DNA from: Podarcis erhardii
Taxonomy: Eukaryota
Assembly: GCA_964252035.1 (NCBI GenBank)
Contig: OZ176213.1
Length of the DNA stretch: 64,000 nucleotides
Reading direction: 5' to 3' (one strand)
Shown one piece after another: positions 1-12,524 of this stretch; positions within the stretch are counted from its first letter, which is position 1, and each line of letters starts with the position of its first letter. The notes beneath the pieces were generated by a model. That model did not search any database and was not told the DNA's origin. It saw only the letters and a program-made list of their open reading frames with translations. Both the position numbers and the translations under genes were made by a program.

Positions 1-3000
1 CAAGGTTTTGTTGTTGACATTTAAAGGCCTAAACTAGGGATGCAGAACCTCGGACCTGAGGGCCAAATCCTGCCTTCCAGGTCTCACCATCTCGCCTTTG
101 AGATTCTCCCCAGGCCACATGCCTCACTGAAGGATAGGGAGGGGTGTGTGGAAGTGTCCTTGGAACCAGCCTAGTACACAAAGGTAAAATGCATATTCAT
201 TGCTCTTCCCACTTTTGCCTCTGACCCTGCCTTGGGAGGTTCTCTAGAAGAGAATGTGGCCCTCAGGCTGCAAAAAGGCTCCCCAGAAACAACTGGGGAC
301 CGGGATAACTAGCAGCCTCTCCCCCACCCCCCACCCCGATACAGATCAAACCCACCGTTTAGATCTTCCCAGGAGACCCTGTTGGTTTATAGCATGGCCA
401 GTGGATTATCACTTTATGATAATATGGAAGTGTGCCTTCCTATTGAAAGCACCCACCCTCTGGAGTGCCCTCCTTCGGGGGATTTGTGAGGAAGGGCTAT
501 CAGCCTCTTTTTAAAAATGTACTTCGCCAAGCTTTCCTGGACTCTTGATTCTTAACTGTTATTGTTTTGTTTTTGTTTGGTACAGTTCATGGTTTTATTT
601 GTAAGGCACAGCTTTCATCTCATGATATTTTAGAGCAAACTGCTTATAAATGTTCATTGAAGTGCTATGATTTTCTTTCAATAAATGGAAAGGCAATTCA
701 TCCCTTGTTTGTTTGGTGGTCATGGCAAGGAAAGGCTAGTTTGCAGAAAGCCAAAGGGGGCTTTGAAAAAATGCATAGGAAAACGTCTTATTGAAAGAAA
801 ACACTTTATTGGTCTGCCGGGTCAATATGGGCAAAAATAAAGAGGAGCCTGAGAGCTCTTGGTTGGCACACAGCAGTTCCCCTCCCTTCCGGGACTTTTC
901 CTTTCATTACAGTAGGGGGAGCCACGCCCTATGCATCTGTCCCTTCTGCACACAGGATGCTGACCCCTCCATGGTAGTGAATGGGAGAGCCCTTGTGTAT
1001 TGGAGCTCTGTGAGCTCCCTGGTGTGCATGTGAGGCTCTCTCCATCCAGCTCTGTGTGCTTACAGCTCTTTTATTTATGCCCTGTGCTTTAAGCTGATTT
1101 CCCAAACAAATTATCTATGATTATTTAGCTGAGAAAAAATGGCTATCCACGAAGTTTAATCTGCACTAAGTTAATAATACCTATTTGAATCTGTTATTCC
1201 ATTGATTAAAAGCTAGGAGGGGAAATGCCTTTTAACTGGTTTAGCAAACGGTCCTAGAAATTACCCAAATAACCTATTGACTGGGATAATGTAATCAACT
1301 CAGAGGAGCTGGTGAATATGCAGCTCTCCCCTCCCCCACCCCGCCACCCATAGCACATCATCGTAATGATTGAAGGGACTCAAAAGTTTTGAGGCACTGA
1401 ACAAAACTGACCCTAAAGCAAAAGCAAGCAAATCAAAATCTTAAGTGAAAGCAGCCCAGAAAACAGAACGGAGGCCTAGTTACGAGGGAGGCAAGTGCCC
1501 TTTAACTGCTGTTTTTGCTTGCTTGTCAAGATCTATATTCTCGAGTCCTGGTTTTATAAGCACTTTGTTTTTCACAAGTGCTATAAAGGCAGAAGCAGGG
1601 TCTACTGAGAGACAAATAGCGTAATGGAAGTTACTGTTGAAAACAGAACATTTTGTAAAACATATAAACCTTCATTATATACATATCTCCAGTGGGATGT
1701 AGCCTATGTCAAAGGAATGCCTCAAAATATCATAGGTGACTTTAATTATGTAATTGGAGGGGGGATGTAATAGCAAGGCCCAGACACTTTGTGGTTTAGC
1801 AACACAGAGCAATTCCTGCTGGAGCTTTCCCTGTAGTTTCCAATCTAACCCACAGAGAACTCTATTGGATGATGAGTTTTCAAGCCAATTAAGGGCAGCA
1901 GGCACAATCCTGCAGGAACCGCTCCTGTGCAGATGCCTTCCCTTCAGCAGAGTTTGCACTGGGGCACAGCAGTGGTTCAGCAATGTGCTCTGGAATGAAA
2001 AGGTTTTCAAGAAAATATCGTTAAAATTCAGGTATTGAATTAACAAACCGAGTTAAGTGCCAGGATCCCGGGAGCACAGAGAAAGAGAAGGATGTGACAA
2101 GTGAGCACAGGATTTAGCTTCCCAAGAGTATCAGCTTTTGGTTTGGGGTTATTCTTGTTTTTAATGTAACACGTTTCCAGGACACGTTTGGAAGTGTGTG
2201 AACGATGCTTGCTAAAATAGCCCGTGTCTAAGGAGCAGCTGAGTCAGATTTCCAACAGTTGTAGGTCAGGCCTCTGTGTTTGGCACTGCACCTCCCCATG
2301 ATGAGTAAAATTGAAACAAATTATGCAAAATGAAACAAAATATGTGAGTTTGCTCAAGCAGAAAAAGCAGGTGTTCCTGGTGCAGAATTTGTATTTTCTG
2401 AATGCAGAATTTTAGCATGGTGCAAAAAAACAACAACCAAAAAACCACCCTCTGAAGGTCCCTCCAGATGTCCTTTCCATTGTGCATTCATGATTATTTG
2501 TGCTTATGATGCTATCAGGACAGTTATAAGCAATCCTGATTTCAATGGTATTTGTGCTTGCAAAAGTTATGGGGTCATTGTACTGCTTCTTTTCCAACCA
2601 GTTCATGTCCTGTAACTTCCTGCTGAAACACCACCAAAGTTCTGGTTGTGTTTTATTGTTGTTTTATTGTCCTACTGCTATTGTGCTATATATAGCCCCT
2701 CCAAACAGCAATAATGTGGTAGCATTTGGGAAGCATTACAGAGCAACTAATAAAGCAGAATAAGTTCACCACTGATGCAATACTATGGTGTCAAGAATAT
2801 GGTAAAGAATACACCTGTAATAAAACACCAGTCTGGAGAGACACTGGAATTCAAGGCAGAACATGTGCAACCAACCTAGCAAAAAGCATTCTGGATTTCA
2901 GCAAGGCAGCCAGAATTTCTGGAATGCATTGTGGGGTTGTTGGAGCCACTGTAGTCACCCTCAGTTCTGCTCCTTGCTAGTTTTGGAGTAGCATTAACTC

Positions 3001-4862
3001 GTTCCAGATGCCACCTGGGCAGTGTTTAGTCTTCAAATGAGGAAATCTGAATTGCAACCTTTCAAAAACAACTGCCAAGACGTCTAGCTTCACTGTCCTG
3101 TAGAATAGCTGCATTGATCTCCCATGTTGGAAAGTTATGAATTGCAGAGCCTGGAGATAGAACTCTATAAACACCTCGTTGAACATGAGAGGAAAAGAGT
3201 GAGCCCATATGGCTGCTGTGAAATGAAACCAAGTCATTTTTCCTCCGCCACCCCCCCCCGCCCTCTATCTCAGAATTCTTTGAACATTGCCCTAGAAAAT
3301 TGGAAAAGGGAGAAGTAGCTGATGTAATTTATTTGAACTTTCAAGCTGCCTTTAACTAAGTCCCTCACAAGGAAACGAAAGGAGTCACCGGGTGAAGGAT
3401 GGAGCACTTCAGAGACAGGGAAATGGCAGAGAGACAGCAAAGAGGGAGGCTGCACAGTCAATTTTCGACATAACACGATCCAAAGCGCCTCCTTCTCAAA
3501 GGCTACGTTCTGGGGCTGACACTATTAATAAGCGTCTCAGTGGAAAAGGAGGCAAATGGTCACTTGGCTGCAGTCCTCCGCCCCGATAAAAAATAAATTT
3601 GAAAATCACACTTGCCTGTGTGAAAGTCAACCTGTGTAGACTCCATGGGCTTCTTCTGCATGTTGGGCTGGCCTTGTGAATGATTCCAGTGCGTGGCCAG
3701 ATAAGCTCACCTGTTAATGTTTTCCCAGAAGCAATGATTCAGGGTTTGGGGGTTGTTTTTTAAGGGAGTTGGCTTTTTCACCCAAATCTATTATTTGTTT
3801 TTATTTCATATATCTGCTTTTTTACCCTGCCTTTTCAGGGTACATATACTCTCACAAGGCAGCTTGCATGTGCACTAACAAAACAGGGGAAGTAAGCTTA
3901 GAAATTGCAAGAGAATAATGAGGAATCGCAATGGAGCAGTAGAAGCCTATCAAGAAGAGAACCGTATGCACAGTCAAATATTTGCCTTCTAATTTCACAG
4001 TCACACTTCCTGCCACTGAAGAGTCAATCTGCTTTTCAAGCAGCATCCCAGTTTGCCTCTTCGGCACTGGAAATACTGCAGTGAAATTCAGAAGCAAATC
4101 TCCACTTGCATACTGTACATCCATACCTTTTGGATGCTGGCCCCAGCCTCTTTAGTGAACCATGCGTCTTCATCTGCGTTGTTTCAAAGCAATTTTTTCA
4201 ACCTCCTCCGTACTGTCGGTTTTTGGCTGCTACATGCTTTTTAAATCGGAAGGATTCTACCTATTACCACTAGATGGCAATCAAATAAGATAACAGTCTT
4301 CAATCCTGGCTAAAATATTCAGTCCCGTTGTGAATTTTAACCATAATAAAGAAGAGAGCTCTCTTCTGAGAAACCCGACTTGCATTAATATTTTACTAAT
4401 TGGCATTTTTACAGTGTCATCCAGCCACTTCTTTAAAAAAAAAAAAAAAAAGGGCAGGTGTACTCTGTATAATAATGTAGAAGTCAATATTGGAGGCAGA
4501 AAGAAACAATTAAACCGAGGGAAGAAAAGCGATAATTTAGTAACTGTTTAAGAATTTATGCTTCCTTGCCCTTCTCACGTTTTAAAGCTGAAACATTTTT
4601 ATGGCAGCTGTAAAGAATGACACCATAACTGTGACTTTATTCACTCACCGTGCTTTCATTTTGCGGTCTCCACACTCCACACCCGATGGCTTAGGTTTTG
4701 GTTTTGCTGACAACCTGAGATCCTGCCCACCACCATGTCCTGTATTAAATAACCCCATGTGGAAATTTCAAAGTAGCCAGTTGCACCCTCATTGATTACA
4801 TACCCAAATCCCACAAGGAAGGCTGGAGAAGTAGGAGGAAGGAAGGCTGGAGGAGCATGGCT

Positions 4863-5046
4863 GGGAAGAGTGGTAGCTCAGTGGCTGAACATCTGCCTTG
4901 CATGCAGATGCTCCCAAATTCAGTCCCCAGCAACATCTCCCTGCAAGCCTGGGAGATACTCCTGTCTGAAACCCTGGAGAGAGCTGCAAACCATACTGAG
5001 CTTGGTGGACCATTGGTCTCACTCTGTATAAGGCAGCTTCCTATGG
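4863..5046 (+). mobile_element. tRNA-derived SINE, Squam3-like
   Basis: TAGCTCAGTGG head, CTGAAACCCTGGAGAG body, ATAAGGCAGCTTCCTATG tail. Confidence 0.75.
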
Positions 5047-5289
5047 TTCTTGCCTTATAAACAGCCATGGCTGACTAGCAGAAGCATTCCCAAGCAACTG
5101 CAACAAAATTAATTGGGCTCTAGTGGTGCAGGACGCACACTGCCTAGGTCCCTTGCAGTAGTGCAGAGGTCCTGCCCACTTCTCATGACAAGCAGGGCAG
5201 CCCCTTTTTGTGGCAAAATGTCTCAACAGGCTCTGGCCTCTCTGGGAGTTGAAAACATCTGGAGTTGGCTAGCAAATGTTTGCTTCACA

Positions 5290-5690
5290 CCATTATCATT
5301 TATTGATTTAGCAGTCCTTTGGGACTGCTCACTAGATAAGAGGAGAAACACATTGCTTGCCAAAGCAGAGAGTTTGTCAAAGGTACACAGTGAGCAGGGA
5401 GAGGCAAGCTGGTGGTCATGGGCTATAAGAGAACAGCGTAATAAGTGGTTGCCTAGGGAAGGCTTTGCAGTTTTAAGGAAGGAGCTGGCTCCTAGAAGAA
5501 GGACTAGAAGCAGAATGGATGGTGTGAGGAAGGGAAGAAGGTGGTGCCAAGGATATAATTGCGGCCCAAAGAGTCTTCAACATAAACATATTGGAGCCTG
5601 GAGTTCATAGTGGGTGTGATGGATGCCAGCACAGAGACTTAAGGAGAAGAGTGATGGGGTCGTAGCGATGGGAGAGAAATATTATTTTAG
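5290..5690 (-). mobile_element. Degenerate L2 fragment
   Basis: Reverse strand resembles the L2 ORF2 C-terminal HITP.LK.L.W region; probably explains ORF 5113-5610. Confidence 0.45.
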
Positions 5691-6464
5691 CAGAAGCACT
5701 CCACTCAAGGCATTCCAAGATCAATATCTAGCTCCCCTCTTTGCAGGATTTCCACCTCTGCCCCCAGGAAATGAAAATATCTCCATTAACCAAGAGGCTA
5801 ATAGGATTCCATTCACATCTGTTTGCCTACCTTTGCAGATCTCATAACATAAGCACACCACTACCTGTATGTTGAACTAATGAAAACAATTCGGTTTTGT
5901 GAACAACAAAGTGAGCACTGAGCAGCAAGTCACTGTGGCGGTTAGCTGTTTGGGATAATTGTGCAAGCCTGAAGCTCATAGATACAGGTTTGGTTGGGAG
6001 GGTCTACCCACCCACCAGCAAAGAGAAGTCATGGGCTTGCTGACTTAGCATAATGGGACCCCATCTGCTATGCTGGACCTCTACTTTGAGATGAGATGTC
6101 AACCACTAGCAGCTGAGACTGGCGCTCTGCTACCTTTGCTACTTCTCACTATGCAGGTGGGGGGACTGTTCCATTTATATCCATGATCTCTGCAAAAGCG
6201 CATGGTGGCAGCAGGGCTGACCTTCATTAAAATCTTAAAATCTGCAATATGTGCAAACTAAATGGATTTGGCCCTATTTCTGCTCAGTTGGCATAGTTTA
6301 TTGTGCTTCTGCTAGAGATGTAAGAATTGCCTTTCCTGGATTGGATCAGAGGCCAGCTGGATTAACCAGAAGGTGAGGTGTGATTCAGGCAGAGGTATAC
6401 GGTACATTGCTGTAATTCCCTGCAATGATCAGAAGCTGTCTCTGAACATGCATGTTCTGTTCTT

Positions 6465-6650
6465 GGCTAGCATGGTGCAATGGTTAGTGCTGGAGACCTA
6501 GGTTCAGATCCCCAAGCAGCAAGGATGCTTCCTGTGTGACCTTGGGCCTGCCCCCAATTCTCAGCCTAGCTTACCTTGGCAGGTTGTTGTGAGGATAAAA
6601 GCAGGAAATCCTTGGAGGAAAGGCAGGATATAAATATAATTAATAAACCT
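6465..6650 (+). mobile_element. Old MIR/CORE-like SINE remnant (similar one at about 43054-43250)
   Basis: GGTTCAGATCCCC B-box, TGTGACCTTGGGC core-like segment, GGTTGTTGTGAGGATAAAA tail. Confidence 0.5.
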
Positions 6651-8779
6651 GCATTTCCCAGAATTGAGCTAGTGCTTTTATTTTAGCTGAAGAGTTTATC
6701 AAAGTGAAAACATAGTCAAACAGAAAACAACAAATCAGGACAATAGTCCCAACCCAGAGAGAGAAACAGGGTCACAATACAAATAGTGCATTCAAAATGA
6801 ACAGTCCAGACAAAACTATGCATTAAATAAGATTATCTTTCCAAAATTATAAATGAACCAAGGGTGGTCATGGGAAGGATGTATTCTTGTTAACATAGGA
6901 AATAAACAGAAGCCACACACTGAGAAAGAGGTCGCTAGATAATCTAGCTCAGTGGGTTAATTTCTCTAGAAGGGCAAAATGCCAAATCTTGCAGAATCAG
7001 TTTTGTAGACAGCAAAGGCCTGGGGAGTGCCAGTGTTGTGCAATTTCCATGTTGCAACTAAAAAGAAGGCAATAAGATCCTAGACCCTGCTCTTCGCTAT
7101 ATATCATTAAGAGGAACAAGTTTGGGGGAACAAACCATCTTGGAAATCTCCTCCAAATGGGCTTTAGTACCGCCATCATATCAGTCTGGTGGCAAAGAAT
7201 TCCTTAAAGCTGGAATGATTGCGGGGAAAGAAGCAAGGAATGTGGATGGGAGCCCTGCTCAGCTTCCCACTGGCTTCTGAGATTGTCCACACATTTGAAC
7301 AAAGTGGGCTGTGAACTAGGCATCACATTTGCAATGGTTGTGCAGGACGCAGGGAGTGTTGGATAAGAGCAGTTCCCCCATGGCACTAAGTGGAAATTAG
7401 AGATGCTTCATCATGAATCATTCTGCTCGTGGGGGAGAGTAGGACACCCCACATTTCTGGCTTCCAAAGTGCAAGGGACAAAACGAAACAAAAATGCTTC
7501 CTTTCTTCACCGTTTCCATTTGTGAGTTCTAGAATCCAAACTGGGCTATGGGAAGCCACAGTCCACAGGCAATATTTCAGGCTTCATCACTTGTAGTCCT
7601 AGAACTGGACTAGAAAACTAAGGAGCATATCAAGAGGGAAAGGGTCTAGAAAACAGTGGCAAGCTTTGAAGAAATTCACAGATTCACAAGGTGGGCGCTT
7701 ATCCCCAAACATACTGTTTAAAAACGAGGGTCTGATTTATGGCTTAACTTAAAGGGGGGTTCCAATCAAATAAATAAACAGACCCAGGTAGCTCATCTAA
7801 GCTTCTGCAGCATGCTAAGCCAGGACTAGAGAAGGCCCTTCATTTCTCCACAGAGCAAATCTGAAGGTGTGGGCAAGGGTGGAAGTAAAGAATTATAACT
7901 GGCAAATCTTCCTACTGAAATGTACCAAAGAATACTGGTCATCAGCATCCAATTTGCATTTTCCTCCATGCAGTGGGAAATATTTAAGTTGACAAATAGG
8001 ATATTTAACTGCGCAACAGATACTTGGCAGTTCGTTATTAACAACTGTTACTGATGTGATTTATTTGCTGTTATAAAAAGGGCATTATTTTGTGAATATG
8101 ATTCAGAAATTAGCTCCAGTTTAGCAAGAGGCCTTGACTGCCTGACCTCTTAATAGCCTTATAATGATGCCATTTACCATTCAGTGGCTTATTCAAGTCA
8201 TTGTGTGTGAGATTTGTTCCGAAGGACTGATGTTCACAGATCAGACTGGTGTGTAGATGGCTCACGGGGAACGGGGGAGAACTCTGGGGCCACATATGTT
8301 GCCAGGGCCACCTGCACTAATAGGAGTTAGGAAAAGGCAGGTGTGGGGGGCTGCCCTTTCTTCAGTTCCCTTTGCAGGCCACCCCTAGTATTATTCCTCT
8401 ACCATATTCCCCCCCCCCTCCAGGTACTCATTCTTTGCCCATATAAGTGTCATTTGAATTGTGGTGGGGTTTTTTGGAGGGGGGGGGGAGAATAGAAATT
8501 CCAGAAGATTACTTTGTCAGAAGCAGAACTTTCCAGCCAGTTGGACAATTAAGTCAAAGTACCGGTCGCTCCTTTGCCCTTACTGCCCCACACTACTGTT
8601 CCCCCTGTTTCCTTGCCCAATATAACCCGCCTGGCTCAAAACACAGATAGATATTTCCTTAAAGAAGCTAGACTGCTTGCTAACATTCTGTCGCTGACAG
8701 TTTCACTCTGAACAGTTGGAATACTGATGGACGTTCCATGACGTAATGATAGGCAAACTACAGCCAGTGTTTAGCCTAC

Positions 8780-10230
8780 TTTAGAACTCTCTGAAGAACC
8801 TTTGGATCATGGGCCCAGTTGGAAGATGCATTTTGAGTGTCTCTTCTAGCTTGGGTGTCTCATGTGACATCTTTGCCCACGTGGCTGCTCTGTGGCCCCT
8901 CCCACATTGATGCCTGGCATGCTCTGCATTTGGCCCTCTACTCTTCTTTCTGTATACATTACCACCCTGGGTAGCCTCATCACTTCTCATGGTTTTCAAT
9001 GCCACCTATAAGCTCCTAGCGCTACCTCTCCATCCATATCATTTGCCATCCATCCAATCCTCCATCTCCAGTTTCCTTTCTGATATGTCTGCTTGGGTGC
9101 GTCAGCATTGTCTCAAGCTCCATGTGTCCATACAAAATTTATCCCATTTTCTCCCATTTCTCCTTGTTCCCGCTCCTTATCCATTAGCATCACCATCCAC
9201 CCTGTTGATCAGGATAAAGCCTTGGCTTTCTATTATCTTTCCTTGGACCCACAAATGCAATCTGTTCCCAAATCATGCCACTTCTCTCCTTACAATGTGA
9301 CAAATTACAGCCCTTTGCCGTCCGTATCCTCAGCAAAATATCTGCTCCGTACCTTCTGTAGCTCTCATCCTCAAGGCTGCAAACTTTCGTCTCTTTAGGG
9401 TCTCCTATTGCCTCACCTGCTGTGGTCTCACTCACCTCTACCCAGCACTCTGCTGCCAGCTTTATTTGCCTCGTTTGTTGCTCTGAATATGTCACATGAG
9501 AAAGGACTTTAGCTCAGTGGGCAGAGCTTCTGCTTTGCATGCAGTAGGTCCCAGGTTCAATCCCTGGTACCTACTGGTAAGGCTGATAATGTTCTCTGCC
9601 TGAGGCCCTGGAGAGCCATTGTCAGTCAGTGTAGACAATAATGAGTAAGATGGACCAGTGGTCTGACTCAGTCTAAAGCAACTTCCTATGATCCTATGGC
9701 TCTTCTCCTTAAACTCCTTCACTACTTCCTGCCCAGTCCCAGATCCTGCATAAGCTTCATGGCTTACCTTCAAAACCCTCCATCAGCTTCTTCCTGCACC
9801 CCATCTACCAAAATCTCTGTTCTTACATCTAGTCACATCCCTTCTTCCCATGACCTTTACTTAACCAGCTGCACCACCCAAAGCTATCCAAATATCCCCA
9901 TTCTGCTCTCTGAAATGACTCCATCCCTTCCTCCTTGCTGCTGCTGATGCCTGGAATTGCCCTCCCTCCCTCCCTCCCTCTCCTCAATGCTTACCTTTCC
10001 TAGAAATCTTTGGAGCACCCTCCTAGTAACAATATCATCATGTAACTAAGTCAAAGAACAGGCACTTGAAATCAACACAGATTCTTCCCTGCTTCCATTA
10101 CCTCCCATTTGTTTTTCTTCTGTGTCTGTTTTATATTGTAAGCCCCCTGAGATAGGGATCTGTCAAACCTGTTCTTTATAAAGTGCTGTGTACATAGATG
10201 GTGCTATATATAAATAAGTAAATAAATAAA
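8780..10230 (+). mobile_element. Degenerate L2 LINE, RT region and 3' tail
   Basis: Remnants of GPLLF..YT and ISS.LSD.SAW...LKL motifs; tail TTGTAAGCCCCCTGAG...AATAAATAAA. Confidence 0.65.
9498..9698 (+). mobile_element. Squam3-like SINE inserted into an L2 remnant
   Basis: TAGCTCAGTGG and GGTTCAATCCCTGG A/B boxes; same tail as 4863. Confidence 0.8.
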
Positions 10231-10696
10231 AAATACTTTGGTTCCCCCCCCCCCGAATAATTTGTCTCAGTTGCGTAGTCTTATCTGTCTTGCCCAGTTT
10301 CTTAAATTCTTGCTCCCTAATGTATAACTGAAATCAGATAATAACTTTAATTTTTTTCTCAGTTGCATAGTTCTGTCCGATTGTAGAACTGAGATATGGC
10401 TTGCATCCCAAAGCTGTCTCTGGGGCAAGTTAGCTTCAGAGCTCCTAAAATACAACTGTAAATATATAGTTTTATAGTCTACCTAGCAGGATTGTAGATG
10501 CTTTGCTGTTGCTGACTGATGCATTAGCACATCACAGTTAATGGTGAAAGACTCTTGCTGGTGGAATTGATCACATATGTGCTCACAAGCAAGTGCTTAG
10601 CTTTGCATGCATAAACAGCAGTGACACTCTGTTTCTCTATCTTTGAGTACATTTCTCCTGGGCTGTGGTCCATAGGCACATGAGGCAGACCTTGCT

Positions 10697-10763
10697 GAAG
10701 CTAAGCAGATCTGGATCTGGTCAGTGCCTGGATGGAAAACTGCCTAGAACCACATGTGTGCTG
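10697..10763 (+). mobile_element. 5S rRNA-derived SINE head or decayed 5S copy
   Basis: GAAGCTAAGCAG and TGGTCAGTGCCTGGATGG align by eye with 5S box A, intermediate element and box C. Confidence 0.6.
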
Positions 10764-11207
10764 GACAGAGGGACACCTCCACTTAATCTAGACCCACTCC
10801 AGCATGGCAAATCAGGGGATTGCTCTGTTAGTCAGGGCAACCATCCGTGACCTTCTGACTTCCAGATCTTTTGGACTCTAACTTCCATCAGCCCCAGCCA
10901 GTATGGCAATTTGAGGGGCAGTCTAAAACATCTTGGGGGTGGTTGGGTTATGGGCCGATGGGAGGGAACTAATATGACACATGTTTACAGTTTAAAAAAA
11001 TTCAGAACAATTAGTCCATCTTATTGAGTTACTTGCAGCTGCTGCTCTACCATAAAGATTATTTTAACTTTGAAGTGGTGATGTCTGTTTCTCAGCCTAG
11101 AAGAGGAGGTGGATTGTGCAGTTAACTGTCAGAAAGCAAATGTCCATTCCTTTACATGAGTGCTGCCACAAAAGTTTTCCTTACTTTTCTTTTTCTGCTG
11201 TCATTAG

Positions 11208-11372
11208 GTATGGGCAGTAGACCTGGATCTGCACTATAGCGATCATCTGGCTTTGACACAGGTCTTGCTGTATGTTACAAACGGAACACTGGATTGCAAG
11301 TTAAGTCGCTTTGAATGCCAGGTCATTCCAAGTAAACCAAAAAGCCGCCGCCCCCCTAAGGAACCACCCCAG
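11208..11372 (+). CDS. IQCH: IQCH internal coding exon (5th from last), [38 protein letters not shown]...PPQ
   Basis: tcattag|GTATGG acceptor, CAG|gtcagt donor, 165 nt, phase 0/0; resembles remembered human IQCH [30 protein letters not shown]. Confidence 0.9.
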
Positions 11373-11667
11373 GTCAGTGTAACCTCCTACTAGCCACTGT
11401 GTTGGCAAATAATTGCTTGGGAGCCAGAACAGAATTGGCTTCCCCTCTGCTCCATTGCACTGGTGTCCTGAGCCACCCTGTGACATTCAGGAAGACAGAT
11501 CAATGCTACTATGTTTGTTTATTTGTTTGTCTCACGGTTCGAGCCTGTGGAATCATAGAATCATAAAATCTTAGAGTTGGAAGGGACCCCGATCGTCATC
11601 TAGTCCATCCTCCCCATAATGCAGGAATCATTTCAGATCTTAATTCTGTCTTGTATGGTGTTAGCTA

Positions 11668-12390
11668 CACCCCCCCCCCCGTTTTTCCCATCATCTGCAG
11701 ATTTAATAAGCATACCCTTCTGTATCCTCACAAAAGCATCTTATTAAAATATTGAAGGACACTGGGCATAGGATAGAACACTTTGGCTCTCCACTAAAGA
11801 CCTCTCTCCAGGTAGACACAGACCCATTAATGAGCACTCACTGGGAACAGTTGCTCAAGCAGTTGTAGATTCACCTAACAATATTATCCAGCTCATATTT
11901 TACCATCTGGTTAACAAGTAAAAAATGGGAGGTCTTGCCCTATGCTCCACTGAAAGCAAAATATACTATGCCCATGCCATTTCTATGATCTACCAAACTA
12001 GTAACTACCAAAAAATGAAATAAGGTTGGTCTGGCATGACTTCTTCTTGAGAAACCCATGTTGGCCATTGGTAATCAGTGCATTATTTTCTATGCTCAAA
12101 GGAGACTACTTATTAATCTGTTTGAGATTTCCCCCAGTATCTGTGTCAGGCTGCTAGAACTCTACTTACCCAGATGGGCCTTTCCTCCCTCTTGGAAGAT
12201 ATGAACAATATTTGCCCATCTCCAGCCTTCCGGCACCTCACCTGTTCTTGAAGAATTTTCAGAGACTGCAGACAGTGGTTCTGGAATAACACCTACAGGT
12301 TCCTTCAGCATTCTGGGGTGTCATTCTCCTTGCCCGGAAGACTTTAGGCCATTTAAAGTAGCTAGGTGTTCTTAATCCACCTTCTTACCT
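11668..12390 (-). mobile_element. CR1 LINE ORF2 fragment
   Basis: GGTTGGTCTGGCATGACTT...GAGAAACCCATG and CATCATCTGCAGATTTAATAAGCAT are reverse complements of CR1 RT segments. Confidence 0.75.
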
Positions 12391-12398
12391 ACTCCTGC

Positions 12399-12524
12399 CA
12401 TAGCATAGCACTGTAGAGTTGGAAGGGACCCTGAGGATCATCTAGTCCAACCCCCCTGCAATGCAGGAATATGCAGCTGGTCCATACAGGGATCGAACCT
12501 GCATCCTTGGTGTTATCAGCACCA
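12399..12524 (-). mobile_element. tRNA-headed SINE with a CR1-type 3' tail
   Basis: Reverse strand GGTTCGATCCC B-box followed by TTGGACTAGATGA...GTCCCTTCCAACTCT tail; similar tails at 11551-11620 (-) and 55049-55117 (+). Confidence 0.7.

Noticed and set aside
5113-5610. 165-aa ORF
   Set aside because: Largely the opposite strand of an L2-like remnant; no recognisable domain.
9498-9570. tRNA-like sequences (also at 4863, 24462 and 45697)
   Set aside because: They are SINE heads followed by family-specific bodies and tails, with no complete cloverleaf.
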